DNA of 64,000 bases from Selaginella moellendorffii (GCF_000143415.4 NW_003314263.1:1490165-1554164), one strand, 5' to 3'; shown: positions 24,621 through 39,483, counted from the stretch's first letter. Numbers and translations are program-made. The notes: generated from the sequence alone by a model not told the origin.

Positions 24621-25164
24621 AAAGCATTAGTCAATGAAGTATCATTATTGCCTATCTTTGCCTATAGATTCCACTGTAGTCACATTAACATTTGCTAACC
24701 CCTTTAGAACAATATTTGCCTCAATATCCAACTTTGTAACATCAAAAACAAGTGCCTTCCACTTTGTCCTTCTTTTGCTAGTCCTTCTTCAATGAAGTTT
24801 CTTAACCTCATTGCCATTTTCATTCTTCAAGCCCCAATGCAACAATGGTTGTTTTTTCCTAAATATAAAGCATAGGTTGGCTGATCATTACATTAACTAC
24901 CTTTTAAACCATTTTGTTGACTAAAGTTGACTAAGTTGACTGAAAAATCTGAGCCTTAATGATAACATTATTGGGAAAATCATTTTTGACCTTTTATAAC
25001 ACATTCATTGATCTTAAACCTTTGATGAAACATTGCACCTCATTATAAATACCTATAAAACTAAGATAAAGATCATAGAACTTGCCAATATATGCATCTA
25101 AAGACAAAATCCCTTATTTAATCTCTAGCAACTAGTTCATAAAATTAACCTTTTTAAACTTTGC

Positions 25165-26030
25165 TGGCAGATCTGCTGGCAGAGTTTTCACGGCCATCCA
25201 ACAAAGACATAAACCAGCTCTTGTGGATTCCGAGACTGGTGAAGGAAAGCTGGCTTTGGATCTCTACGTACAAAAATGAAGGAAGAAGGCTGTCCAGTGA
25301 ATCACGTCACTATACTCGCAGCACTCAAGGCCTGTGTAAGCTTACGAGAACAGCAAGGCACAGTGCTTGGAGAAAGGCCGGAGGATTCACTGAGACGCTG
25401 CAACCACCGGAAACAAACAGCAGATCTTCGTAGCAAGCGCTTTAGTTGACATGTACATGAGGTGTGGAAGCTTGGCCGACGGTCGCGGTGTCTTCGAGAA
25501 GATGGCAGCGAAACACGGTGTTGTGGAACTCTCTCATTCTGGGAAGCACGGAGAGTGGCCAGGCCGACGCAGATCTCGAGCTCTACGCTCGAATGAAACG
25601 GGAAGCTTAAATCCGGATGCTACAACTTACGTCGCGGTGCTCAAGGCTTGCGGAAGCTTGGAAGCTCTAGAGGCCGGCAGGAAAGTGGAGGCAAAGATTT
25701 CCAGCGCCGGGATCCACATGGTGGTCTGCAACAGCATGGTAGATTTCTATGGGAAGTGTGGAAGCATGGCGGACGCTCGCAGAGTTTTCGAGTGGATCAG
25801 AGGCAAGAGAAGAGGCATTGTTTCCTCTCATTGATGGATATAACCGGGTGCTAGCAACAGGCCTTTGAAGCGTTCGAGAGGCTTTGTAGCAAAACTCCAC
25901 TCCGGCCTGGCGATGCTAGTGCTATGTAGCCATGCCAGATCGAGCCAAGGATTACTTCCGTGGAGCACGGGCTTGCTCAAGAGCTGATCGACTAGACGAG
26001 GCCATGGCTATGGTCCTTGCTCTTAGCTCG
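25165..26030 (+). pseudogene. Frameshifted PPR gene fragment
   Basis: MYMRCGSLADGRGVFEKM, TYVAVLKACG, NSMVDFYGKCGSMADARRVF, with frameshifts. Confidence 0.8.
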
Positions 26031-26451
26031 TCAAGGGAAGGCTTTCCAATCCATAAAAAAACCAGTGGTTGGTAGGTCAACCTGAAGAGCCTTAATTTGG
26101 AACTCAAGGACTGTAATGGAAAGCGTTTGCGCCTCGACTAAGAAATAATTGGAAGAGACGCTTAGCTACCACCAGAGGTATACGCAGGTATAAAGTGCAA
26201 TTTGTAAAAAGGTGGAAACAACTGTGGCATTTTTCTCACAATACACTGTCCATGTGGCAGTTTTCTATTGGTTCAACATTAAATGTTAATTCCATGCCCC
26301 ATGGATGCTAGCCCGATGGGTATGGGTGGACACATTCTCATCGAGGTTCTTTCTCTTGGGAAAAATATTTGATCTAAGCAAGAATCCTAGTAAGAAGTGC
26401 TTTCTTTTGGTGATCCTCTCTGTTTCATAAATTTTTTTCTGGCTTTCTCCA

Positions 26452-26790
26452 GGGCTTATGGATCGATCGAGCTACTGCGGCTGTTTGCCACATCTTTTCT
26501 TCGAGATCTTTGGCTGTGACTTGGGGAAGCACTGCGGAATACTGGGAATGGTCCTCAAAGCATGGCACCAGGTACTTAAGTGGCGCACCTCAAGATGGTT
26601 TGCTGGCTAGAGCTCTCTGGGAACAGGAAGTTGAGCCTAGCTCCAGGAACTTACACTGTCTCTTGGAAACTCAAGCTCGATTCCGACGCCTTTGGGTTAA
26701 GGAACCAGTGAGATTCAGCTTGGCAACTCTAGATGGAAGGGTGACGAACTCTTCGTGCTACCTGGACTCCGAGGGGCTCCAGTCTGCACA
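26452..26790 (+). pseudogene. Phloem protein 2 (PP2) lectin-domain fragment
   Basis: RDLAVTWGSTAEYWEW and W(V)KEPVRFSL resemble PP2 motifs; frameshifted. Confidence 0.55.
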
Positions 26791-27256
26791 TAACATGAAT
26801 GACTCCATTCCGCACATAGCATGGTCATTGGTATGGGCATGAAGCCCCATCCGTGGCATAAGAAATGAATATTCGTGAAATATCCTATGCCTGTGTTTTT
26901 TCCACACTCATATTACACGTGGACCAATAGCAACCAGACACATATTGTGAGTGAAAAACACCACCCTTTTACGAATTGCACGCCATAAACAGGTGGCAAG
27001 GTGATAGATTTAAGTGTGCCTGTGTCCTGAGAGGAACTGGGCCAGTCATTCAAAAGCTGTACTCAATGCCAAACCGGACGAGGAAGTACCACAGGAATGC
27101 CGACTTCCCAGCGCCACCGTTGAGATGGCATAGAGATCATCGAAATCCTTGCGCAAGGTGAGAGCCAGCTTCATCGTCGTCTACTAGTCTGCGGACTTTA
27201 TCTGGGAATTCACATCCGAAGGCCAGGTATCCATCCATGAGAAGAGGGAGTACCCC

Positions 27257-27880
27257 TTGAGTCAATGGAAAAAATGTGTTGTTCACCTCATCAACCAGAA
27301 GATTAGGAGTGGAAATCCTCTGGGCAGCAGGGTGCTAGCAGCATCCCCGGATCCTGCAAACACCAAGAGCGTGAAGCCAGTAGGGGTCGAGAACGAGTTC
27401 TTAGTCCACACTTGGGACAAGGACGACTTTGAGGAGCTGCTAGGCGTATGGAGACTTGAAAGCAAGGAAATGTGGGAAGAAGCTGATAGACTGCTTGAAG
27501 AAGCTGGCAACTCGAATAAGTGCAGGTGGTCGAACAAAGCCAGTGTTCTTCGGAATGAGGCAGATGGTTTGGATGCACGCATCAATGCAGCTGGCTTCTT
27601 TTACGATTGGTACAGTGGGATTCCTCGTCTGCTTCGTCAAGCAGCGGTTTGTGATCTGAGTGAACAAGCCTGGGAGAGGAAGATTCGGGCCAGTGTCATG
27701 TATTACTGTACGGACTTGCCGAAAGTTTATTGGGCCCTCCATTCCAGGGATGACATAGCATGCTTGCTCCTTCACTTCAAGCAGCCTCTTGCCGACAATG
27801 CCAGATTTTTGCTAGATTTTGCACCTTCGAAGGTAAAGGATTTGTTCACTGAAACACTTACATGCAGCAGGAAGACTTGA
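27257..27880 (+). CDS. Hypothetical protein or gene remnant, unknown family
   Basis: 207-aa open frame with normal composition; 3' end homologous to ~11635-11670; no ATG start at the given boundary. Confidence 0.35.
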   Translation: MSQWKKCVVHLINQKIRSGNPLGSRVLAASPDPANTKSVKPVGVENEFLVHTWDKDDFEELLGVWRLESKEMWEEADRLLEEAGNSNKCRWSNKASVLRNEADGLDARINAAGFFYDWYSGIPRLLRQAAVCDLSEQAWERKIRASVMYYCTDLPKVYWALHSRDDIACLLLHFKQPLADNARFLLDFAPSKVKDLFTETLTCSRKT

Positions 27881-27901
27881 TTATATATCTGGGGTCCACT
27901 G

Positions 27902-28768
27902 TGTGAGGATGTAGTACATCCGAGATCACCATACGGCTGAGACACGTGGTGACACGTGGTGGATCTGGAGAGTCACGATTCTCACCTGTGTATGTATGAG
28001 CGATAGAGTTTTTTCTCTTCTTCCTTAGTTTTCAACATGGTATCAGAGCTCAGGGATTAAATCCTGGGCTGAATGGAGGAGGAAGAGGAGGAAGACAATG
28101 AGCCCCCTGATCTGGAGCTGCTGTGAATTGCAAATATCAAGATGGAGGTTTTCTTGTTTATTTTGTCTTGTGCAGGCAACCCTAAAATGGAGGCGGTTCT
28201 TGATCGAGACTGGCCTGGATTTGAATTGAAAGGGTTGCGGCACTGCTTGCTACGGCTGGAGACGATCTGATGCCCCTGCTGCTACAAGGGAAGGCTTCCT
28301 TGGGTTGGAGATTTGCTGATGCTGCCAAGAGGCTTCTCTTCTTCTTGGGAATTGCTGTGCGCAAGGGCCTTGAGGCTGATGGAGAGATCACATTTGAGTG
28401 GGGGAGATGGAACAAAATGCTAATTCCTGACGGGTCCTGATACAAGCTGGGCTGTGTGCAAGCTTGGGTACCTTGGAACGTGCTGCTATTGTTGTTCAAC
28501 ACCACAAGATGCTGATTTCATGAGCTCAACTTTTCTCGGCTGAGTGGGGGGAGTGAGATAGGTTTCCCGGTGGTTTAGCATTAGTTTCTTTTTTCTGATC
28601 CAGCCTTCGCACACTGATCTCGGCTAAGTGGGGGTGTGAGGATGTAGTACATCCGAGATCACCATACGGCTGAGACATGTGGTGACACGTGGTGGATCTG
28701 GAGAGTCACGATTCTCACCTGTGTATGTATGAGCGAGAGTTTTTTCTCTTCTTCCTTAGTTTTCAACA
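27902..28768 (+). mobile_element. Intact TRIM (non-autonomous mini LTR retrotransposon)
   Basis: LTRs 27902-28037 and 28635-28768 (TG..CA, nearly identical); PBS TGGTATCAGAGC 28038-28049; PPT-like aagtggggg; TSD CACTG at 27897-27901 and 28769-28773. Confidence 0.95.
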
Positions 28769-29913
28769 CACTGATCCTGAGCGGCTATTACCATGGTGAG
28801 GTTATAATGGCAATATCAACTTTATAGAGGAGATGAATTGTCAGTTTTAATTAGCTAAGGTATTACAATGGTGATCTATAAGTAGGTGCTGGTAAAGTGT
28901 CCATTATGTTATTTTTATTTACAGTATTTTTGTTATTCGCATTCACATTTGCTACAGGTGCTGAGGTAAAAACATTATATTGCTTCAGACCCTCCTAAAC
29001 TCTGCTCTTGAGGCTTAGAATAAAGAAGGGAATATGGATTCTCATGCTGGAGTCTTTTTAATTGGCTTGGCAAACTTTTGAAACTTTCAGGTACCAGAGC
29101 TATCACGATAAGCATTGTAATGTATCAAAAGTCTCAGACTGATGATTGGGTCACATGTCACAAGAATTCTTCAAGTGAATTTTGTTTTATAGAAATGTAT
29201 GAAAAATTATGAAATTTTTTGCAATATTCGGCTTAAAAAATGTAACATGTAATACAACTCTAAGTTCACTTTTATTTATTTTTATCTTGAACTGTGGTTG
29301 ATAAGTTGGATGTTATTATGTTACTAAAAAACTTTAGCTAGGTTTTGGGACTTGTCTTTCATGAAGAATGTAATCACTACATTAGGGGTCCACAGCAATA
29401 TTGGAATTATTTTCATGTTTTATCCTAATAACATAGTTAATAAAGTATATTATTCAAATTTATTTACAAAAACATTTTATTTAGCCAAAATATACTAACA
29501 AATGACATTGTCACAATTGAGGCTTATAATATCAAATGTATTCGTTATCATCATAGAAAATTTTAGAGATTGTTGTCTAATTAAGAAGTATGATTTACTA
29601 CATAGTCTATATTACATCACATTCTGATGTAGATAAAAGCACTTGTTGAAATTTCAAATTGCTTCACTATGGCAACTAATATGTGCCATACTTTACTACC
29701 AATTAAAAGCTATTTTTTAAAAAACATTATATTATATCACTTTGAACATTCTCCTTCATGTTTCTACATGAGAATTTTACTAATGTTTATAGGAAGGTGC
29801 TAATGCTTAGCCAACAATGCTAGAAGGTGTGAAACCCAGGTGGGGATCTGAGAATTATAATTTCTTCAATTCGCAAAGGCCAAAACAGTTCCAGGGAATT
29901 TGTGACCTTGCCT

Positions 29914-30102
29914 TTAGTGATGTTTGTCACTGCTGCCGCTGTGTGGAAGCTTTGGTTCCATGACTCTGTGATCTTGTGACTGGGGCTCTTCGTGGTGATG
30001 CCCGTGCCGAAACGCTGCTGCAGTGACAGCATTATGATCCAGGCAAGCTAATGCGAGCACGAAAAGGACAAAGAGGTGCCGAAGCAAACTCGCAAGTGCC
30101 AT
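29914..30102 (-). CDS. Paralog of the small secreted peptide precursor (62 aa)
   Basis: MALASLLRHLFVLFVLALAC...KLPHSGSSDKHH*. Confidence 0.65.
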   Translation of the reverse strand: MALASLLRHLFVLFVLALACLDHNAVTAAAFRHGHHHEEPQSQDHRVMEPKLPHSGSSDKHH

Positions 30103-30512
30103 TCTTGAACTGCGAATTGCTGAGCCTAGGTTGTGGATTATATAGAGAAACACCGTCTACAGTCACATAAGAAACGTCAAAAGAGGGGTGCTCGTGTTAT
30201 CAACAAACATGCCCCAGAACTTTTGACATTTATCCACGGACGAAATTGTTTTATAAAAAATAAGACAATCACTAGCTTGTTTGCATGCAATAGTGGATAA
30301 ACACAATGCGTGGAGTGTTTTGATACCTTGTGTGCAAAGCTGGGGGAGCAAAACACACTGTGGGAGATTATATTCCATGGAGAAACGTCAAAAGGCAGAG
30401 TGGGGTTCTCTTAAGTAGATTCTCACAAAAGCAGCACTCTTTTGTTGACAAAAACTTCCATCATTAAATAATAAAAATTATATTGAACATTATTTAAAAA
30501 TATCTAGATGAC

Positions 30513-30767
30513 TCAAGCGTGCTTCTCATCAGCCTTAACGACAGGATGGCCACCGTCACCACCGTAACCACCATGCCCACCTCCTTGGGTCTCAATCGAT
30601 TCAATACTACCAGTGTGGCTGTGGCCACCGTGGTGCAATTATGGCCTGATCCACCATACGCCTGTGGGGTCTAGCGATTCATTCTCTTTCTCTGGGACAA
30701 CTCTAGCAGAGAATGCGAGCTGGGAGGCACAAAGCAATGCTGCGAGAACTAGAGAGATGCTCTTCAT
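30513..30767 (-). pseudogene. Internally deleted, frameshifted GRP paralog
   Basis: Same signal peptide to ESLDP, then frameshift; C-terminal KADEKHA sequence retained. Confidence 0.8.
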
Positions 30768-31126
30768 TGTATCCTTCTTTCTAGTTTGGCTATTAGCCTG
30801 AAAGAGCTTGGGATATCGAGCATTAACAATGTCAGATTTCATAACTCTTAGTGGAGGGAGAATCGTTTGAAAATGCGGAGGGGCCGAATTATGGCATCCC
30901 AAGATCACGTCTTTGTTTCTTCTTGGTGCTAAAATCTCTACTTTAAAATACAATGTCTTTCGTCCTGTTCTTGGAATCCATAGGAATGATGTCTAGGAAG
31001 CCCTTTTCGCAAGCTCTGGGACTCTACAGAAGATGCACAAAAGAAAATTTAATTAGCTAATTTATAGTTGTCAACGGCCATATATTAACTTTAAAGATTA
31101 TATGTTTTTTTCAATAGAAGCTCGAT

Positions 31127-31762
31127 TTAAGCATGCTTTTCATCGACCTTAGCTTCAGTAGCAGCGTGGCCACCGTGACCGCCACCGCCACCACGACCGT
31201 GACCTTGAGTCTCAATCGACTCAGTGGTAGCGCTATGGCCGTGACCGCCACCATACCCACCGCCATATCCACCTTTACCACCGTATCCATATCCCTCCGG
31301 CTCAACCGAGTCAGCGTATCCGTGACCACCGCCATATCCACCATGACCATACCCACCATGGTAGCCTCCGCCATAGCCACCGTTGCCATAGCCACCGCCA
31401 TAACCACCGTTGCCATAGCCACCGCCATAACCACCGTGTCCATATCCATATCCTTCCGGCTCAACTGCGTCTGCGTGACCACGACCACCGCCGTAGCCAC
31501 CACCACGACCACCGCCGTAGCCACCACCATGACCGCCACCGTAGCCACCACGGTATCCTTCCAGCTCCGCCGAGTGACCATGCCCACCGCCGTAGCCACC
31601 GCGACCACCATAGCCACCACCACCGCCGTAGCCACCGTGACCACCACCATACCCCTGTGGGTCTAGCGATTCATTCTCCTCCTTCTCTGGGACAACTCTA
31701 GCAGAGAATGCGAGCTGGGAGGCACAAAGCAATGCAGCGAGAACTAGAGCGACGCTCTTCAT
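31127..31762 (-). CDS. Secreted Gly/Tyr/His-rich protein (GRP paralog)
   Basis: Signal peptide; GGYGGG repeats; VEPEGY/ELEGY motifs; TATA at ~31816. Confidence 0.9.
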   Translation of the reverse strand: MKSVALVLAALLCASQLAFSARVVPEKEENESLDPQGYGGGHGGYGGGGGYGGRGGYGGGHGHSAELEGYRGGYGGGHGGGYGGGRGGGYGGGRGHADAVEPEGYGYGHGGYGGGYGNGGYGGGYGNGGYGGGYHGGYGHGGYGGGHGYADSVEPEGYGYGGKGGYGGGYGGGHGHSATTESIETQGHGRGGGGGHGGHAATEAKVDEKHA

Positions 31763-32119
31763 TGTTGCTACTCAAAGCTTGTTTTGTGTGAGACTGGCGT
31801 GGAGGGCTGGGGGTTTATATAGAGTCTCAGGGATTGACACTTCAACGTTAAATTTTCAGTGGAGGGAGAATCATTCGAAAATGGCGGGACCGAATATGCC
31901 ACATCAAAATACAACAAGATCACGGCATTGGAAAAACAAACATTTCACAAAGTCCTTATGATTATCAAACTATAAGAACTCTTATAATTGTTTTTAGAAC
32001 CATCAGTGGCCATTGCAAATCGCTCCCTTGCTTATGGCACCTTGGTTCTTTATGCAAAAGACCAACCCTTTTTTATCAGTCTTTGTTTCGTTCGTTTTTT
32101 TTTTTTTCCTTCTTTCTCG

Positions 32120-35262
<3,143 letters not shown>

Positions 35263-35778
35263 GGCCGCTGCTGCTGCAATTCAAACCCTAGAAACCCTCA
35301 CAGCGCCCGCGCACCTGCGATTCCCCAGCGAAATGGATCAAAATCGAGCGCGCTCTCTCGCGAATCGGCGCGCCGCGTACCTGGAGATCCCAGATCCAGC
35401 GCCAAGACCAGCGGCATCGCATCCAGGCGCTCGCAAACCCTCACCCGCGAGTTCTAGGGTTCCATGCCGTTGCCCCTTCGCTTTCTGGCTTGCTCCAGGA
35501 AGGAGCTGGGGGCCGTACGCGAAAATGCGCAAATCCAATATGGCCCTGTACGGGGCTGCTGACTATTGTTGACTGGAAAGAGCTTTTTGGAAAAATTTTA
35601 GTCGCGAGTACACGTGGCGGCGGGTAAGAAAAAAATGAGCGCCAAAATGTTTTAACACTGGGAGGTAATATTTTTGAGTTGCGAAAGAAGAGGGGGGAAG
35701 AGCTTTCCATCGTTTCTTTCTTTCTTTCTTCCAAGAAACGCTCCACAGTCTCCAAGAATCCATCTTTCTCTCCAGGCG

Positions 35779-36666
35779 ATGACTCGATTCGCGGCGCCCA
35801 CTCCATCGCCATCGCCATCGCACAAGAAATCGTCAAGATCGTGCGCTGCCGCCGAGAATTCTCCAGCGGCGGGAAAATCTTCGCCCAGGAGGCGAGGGGG
35901 AAGAATGCCGCTCGAGATCTTGGATCACCAGGGCGGCGATCGGTTCGTTAGCGGCCTGGATTTCGATTTCGAGGGCCGGTTTGCCGCCGCGCAGACGAGG
36001 GAATCTTTCCACTCGCGGCGCATGTCCTTGGCGCCGCAGCAGCAGGAGAAAGATCCATCGATCGAGCGGCGCCGGCAGAGAAGGATGTCTCTCCAGGCCG
36101 GATCGATCCACAGGCTTGACAAGAACGGCGCAAAGAAGGCGTCCAAGATCCATCCTAGCGGCGCCATCGCCAAGAACAAGGGTTCCTCGCCTCCTCCAGT
36201 CCTCGTCGACCAGCTCTACATCGAGAAATCCGCTAGCGTTCTCTGGAGGGATGGCTTGCTCCAGCAGTGGGATAATCTCCTCGACAACACCTCTGGAGGA
36301 TTCAAGAGCATCACCGTCGCCTACGAGGAGCACCGGAAGAGCCTGGAGCCAGATCCAAAGCAAGGCGACGATCAAGCACAGATTTCGTCGCCGTGTTCTT
36401 GCGAGGGCGAGACCTCCAGCAGCAAGGACATCCACATGGTGGAAATCTCGTCCGAGGAGTCCGATGTGCCGCGCCTGGACGAGATTTCTCCATTTCCAGA
36501 GAAAGAGCTCGAGCTGGATGATCAAGAACTCAAGCGCAAGGGCGAGGAGCGCACCGGATGGACGAGCTATGCATTCACGGCGGCAGCAGCGCTCGTAGCG
36601 GCCGGCATTGCGATCTTGGGATGCGTCATCCATGGCAAGGTTCGTGCTTGTGTTTCCTCTAGCTAG
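35779..36666 (+). CDS. Hypothetical protein with a C-terminal hydrophobic (tail-anchor-like) segment
   Basis: Long ORF, ATG at 35779; AFTAAAALVAAGIAILGCVI near the C-terminus; 3' end may be spliced. Confidence 0.6.
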   Translation: MTRFAAPTPSPSPSHKKSSRSCAAAENSPAAGKSSPRRRGGRMPLEILDHQGGDRFVSGLDFDFEGRFAAAQTRESFHSRRMSLAPQQQEKDPSIERRRQRRMSLQAGSIHRLDKNGAKKASKIHPSGAIAKNKGSSPPPVLVDQLYIEKSASVLWRDGLLQQWDNLLDNTSGGFKSITVAYEEHRKSLEPDPKQGDDQAQISSPCSCEGETSSSKDIHMVEISSEESDVPRLDEISPFPEKELELDDQELKRKGEERTGWTSYAFTAAAALVAAGIAILGCVIHGKVRACVSSS

Positions 36667-38480
36667 GCGGCAGTGCTTTCTCTCGATCTCCTCGCTACGT
36701 TTCTACCAATCCCACTGTGAAATATCCTTCCCGGATCTCTTGCCGTGCTTGCCAGCAGCACATAGACAGCGCCATTCTTTGGATCAAGCTCAAGAACACG
36801 CCGCGCGGCGTAAGAGCTAGCTTCCAGATCGTCGTGATCGCGGCAAGCTCCAAGAACACACACCCAATTCACCGCTTGCGCCTCGAATGGCATCGTTTCC
36901 GCGAGCTCCCTCGCGGATTCCAGGCGCCCAGCGCGCCCGAGAGCATCGATCATGCATGAGAAATGCTGGTGCGTCGGCGATCGATCGAAATCCAAGCTCA
37001 TCGACACGAACAGGCACCGCGCGTCATACAGTCGGCTCCCAAGAATCGCCGGGACGAAGGAGACCTCGTCGGGGAAATCGACGGTCTTCATCGAATGGAA
37101 GAGCTGGAGGGCCTCATCGAGCCGTCCGTTTTGGCAGTAGCCAGCCAATAGCGCATTCCACGACATGGTACCACGCTCGGGGGAGGTATCCAAAAGATTC
37201 TTAGCATCAGCAAGATGCCCGGCTTGGGCATATGCCACAATCATCGCATTCCAGGACACAAGATTCCGGCATTGCATCTTATGGAATATCCACTCGGCCA
37301 GGTCGAGATGCCCGGCTCGAGCATATTCTCCCAGCAACGCTGTCCATGACACAACGTCTAGGAGGGCTGGGTTTTGGAGAATGTTCTCCATCGCTGCATG
37401 GAGATTCCCGCTGTGGGAATATGCTGGGAGCATTGCAGTCCATGAGATGGAATCGTGCTCTGGCATGCTGTGAAAGATTCTCTCGGATTCTTCAAAGAGG
37501 TAGCTGTTTGTATAGGTGGCGAGCAAGCAAGAGTAGGAGACTCTGTCTTTACAGGGAATCTTCTGGAAAAGATCTGTAGCATCTTTTACAAGACCAGACT
37601 GAGCATATGCCGCAAGGAGTGAATTCCAGCAGACTAGATCCCAACAGGGCATCTTGAGGAGGAGACTCTTGGCTTCATCAAGATGCCCAGACTGGCAATA
37701 TGCCTTTATCATTAAAGTCACCGAGAGAATATCCCTGGCAGGCATCTTTTCAAACAACTCCCGGGCTTTTCTGAGTTTTTTCGCTTGTATGTATGATTCG
37801 AAAAGAGTTGTCCACGATACCAAGCTCCATTCGGGCATTTGGAAGAAGATTCTCTCGGTATTAGAGAGATCCCCAGTTCCGGCATATACTGATAGCATCA
37901 AGTTCCAAGTGATGATATTTCTCTCCGGCATTTGAAAGACGAGCATTTGAGCTTCGCTAAAAAGCTCTAAAACGCAGTAGCACTTAAGAAACGCGTTCCA
38001 AGTTACTAGATTATGCTCGGGCATTGATAGAAAGATACGCCTTGATTCCTCTAGATGCCCTGCTTGGGCATATGCAGTAAGCATGGATGTCCAAAGAACA
38101 AGATCTCTTTGCGGGATTTCGTCCAGAATTTTCTTAGCCTGTGCGAGAGATCCACTCTTCACGTACGCGACGAGCATAGTCGTCCACAGTATGAGATTCT
38201 TCCCTTGGATTTGATCAAAGAGCTGCTGGGCGCTGTTGATCTTGCCGCTCTTGCAGTAGCCGGAGAGAAGGTGGTAGTAGGAAAAAGAGGATGGGTTTTC
38301 CATGGAGTCGAGAACCTCCCTCGCGCGCTCGAGGCTCCCCAGCGTCGCGTACATCTCGATGAGCTTGTCGTGGAGGAATGCATCGTGTCCGAGCAGCGGT
38401 TTGATGCGCTGGTGGATTCGCAGCGCGGTGGCGATGGTGGAGCAGTCCTGGATTTGCTGGATGCAAAAGCTTCTCTCCAT
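36663..38480 (-). CDS. PLS-class PPR protein with E-type extension (organellar RNA-editing factor type)
   Basis: Many PPR repeats (…MPxRNLVSWN…), C-terminal HFSCMIDALGRAG...GACR...YVLLAS; ORF is open upstream to 38786, start uncertain. Confidence 0.9.
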   Translation of the reverse strand: MERSFCIQQIQDCSTIATALRIHQRIKPLLGHDAFLHDKLIEMYATLGSLERAREVLDSMENPSSFSYYHLLSGYCKSGKINSAQQLFDQIQGKNLILWTTMLVAYVKSGSLAQAKKILDEIPQRDLVLWTSMLTAYAQAGHLEESRRIFLSMPEHNLVTWNAFLKCYCVLELFSEAQMLVFQMPERNIITWNLMLSVYAGTGDLSNTERIFFQMPEWSLVSWTTLFESYIQAKKLRKARELFEKMPARDILSVTLMIKAYCQSGHLDEAKSLLLKMPCWDLVCWNSLLAAYAQSGLVKDATDLFQKIPCKDRVSYSCLLATYTNSYLFEESERIFHSMPEHDSISWTAMLPAYSHSGNLHAAMENILQNPALLDVVSWTALLGEYARAGHLDLAEWIFHKMQCRNLVSWNAMIVAYAQAGHLADAKNLLDTSPERGTMSWNALLAGYCQNGRLDEALQLFHSMKTVDFPDEVSFVPAILGSRLYDARCLFVSMSLDFDRSPTHQHFSCMIDALGRAGRLESARELAETMPFEAQAVNWVCVLGACRDHDDLEASSYAARRVLELDPKNGAVYVLLASTARDPGRIFHSGIGRNVARRSRESTAA

Positions 38481-39027
38481 TGAAGACCTTTGGTAGCATT
38501 TGCGTAAGAGAGAAGAGAGAATCTTTCGAAACGTATTGTGCGCGAAACTTAGTCGCCCAAAACGGTAAAAAAGAAAAATGCCACCTTGGTTTCTGGATCG
38601 AGCAACCAACCAGATCAAGATAAGACGCCGCGCGAACACCGCCCAGGCTCTCTCGCGAATTACTGCGCTGCAATCACCTATCCATGCCTTTAAATGCATG
38701 CACAGATTTCCTGGGTTCTGGGAGCGCGGCGGTCTCGCTTCCATCGAGGAGAAATGGGAGCACCGAACGAATCCCCGAAAGGCCAAGCCAAGCCAAGAAA
38801 AAAAAAAAGAGAGAAAGAAACGAGGAGAGAGGAGAGGAGAGGATCAAAGTTCTTCAAAGAATCAAATCGTGCTCGTTGTAATGGAGCTTTCATGTTTAGA
38901 GCTTTGATAATAGAGTTACAGACAACACCAAAGACATGGAGGAATCAAACTGTACAAAGGGGAAGAACAGTAGCCACCGCCGCTGGGCTTTGGAGGCTGT
39001 GTTTCTTCGCGGATCGATCTTTCTCCA

Positions 39028-39483
39028 TCAGGGATTGAAATCGTAGATGTAGTCGACGTGGTCCTGCTGCTGATGATCCGGATGATCACGCGGCGACGCG
39101 GTGAGCTTCTATGGAAGAAATCAAGCGTTAAAAACAAGTAAATCACTCCACCCCAAGTGAATCTCACCTCAGTTTTTCCACCGGCCACAGCACTCGCGGA
39201 CGCTACCGCGTTGACACTCTTGTCATTCACCACTGAAACAAAACAAAAGAGATCTCTACATGAGCGATTTGCAAGACAAAGTAGCCATGAAACAACGAGC
39301 GTTCATGCAAAGCCATGCACTTCTTTCTCCATAGCTAAAAACTCATCTCAAAGCTTACACACGCGAAGAAACAGATAGTGTATGGAGCTAGAGCTAGAGC
39401 TTGCCTGTGGAGTCCTTGACAGGCCTGGCAGCCATAGCAGCGGCCACGAACAGCACAAAGAAGAAGAAAACGAGGCGAGACAT
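39028..39483 (-). CDS. Phytosulfokine-like secreted peptide precursor, 74 aa (exons 39483-39405, 39232-39168, 39108-39028)
   Basis: Spliced product MSRLVFFFFVLFVAAAMAARPVKDSTVVNDKSVNAVASASAVAGGKTEKLTASPRDHPDHQQQDHVDYIYDFNP*; GC-AG intron 1, GT-AG intron 2, frame preserved; TATA at ~39670. Confidence 0.75.

Larger units (their letters stand above)
20512..31005. repeat. Local segmental duplication: block A (11635-11774 plus 20512-22800) vs block B (27850-31005)
   Basis: Colinear shared sequence from gcagcaggaagacttgattata through the small peptide gene, GRP gene and promoter (ataactcttagtggagggagaatc). Confidence 0.85.

Noticed and set aside
35611-35646. G-box and E2F-like sites in the bidirectional intergenic region
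   Set aside because: Short motifs occur by chance; no functional support.
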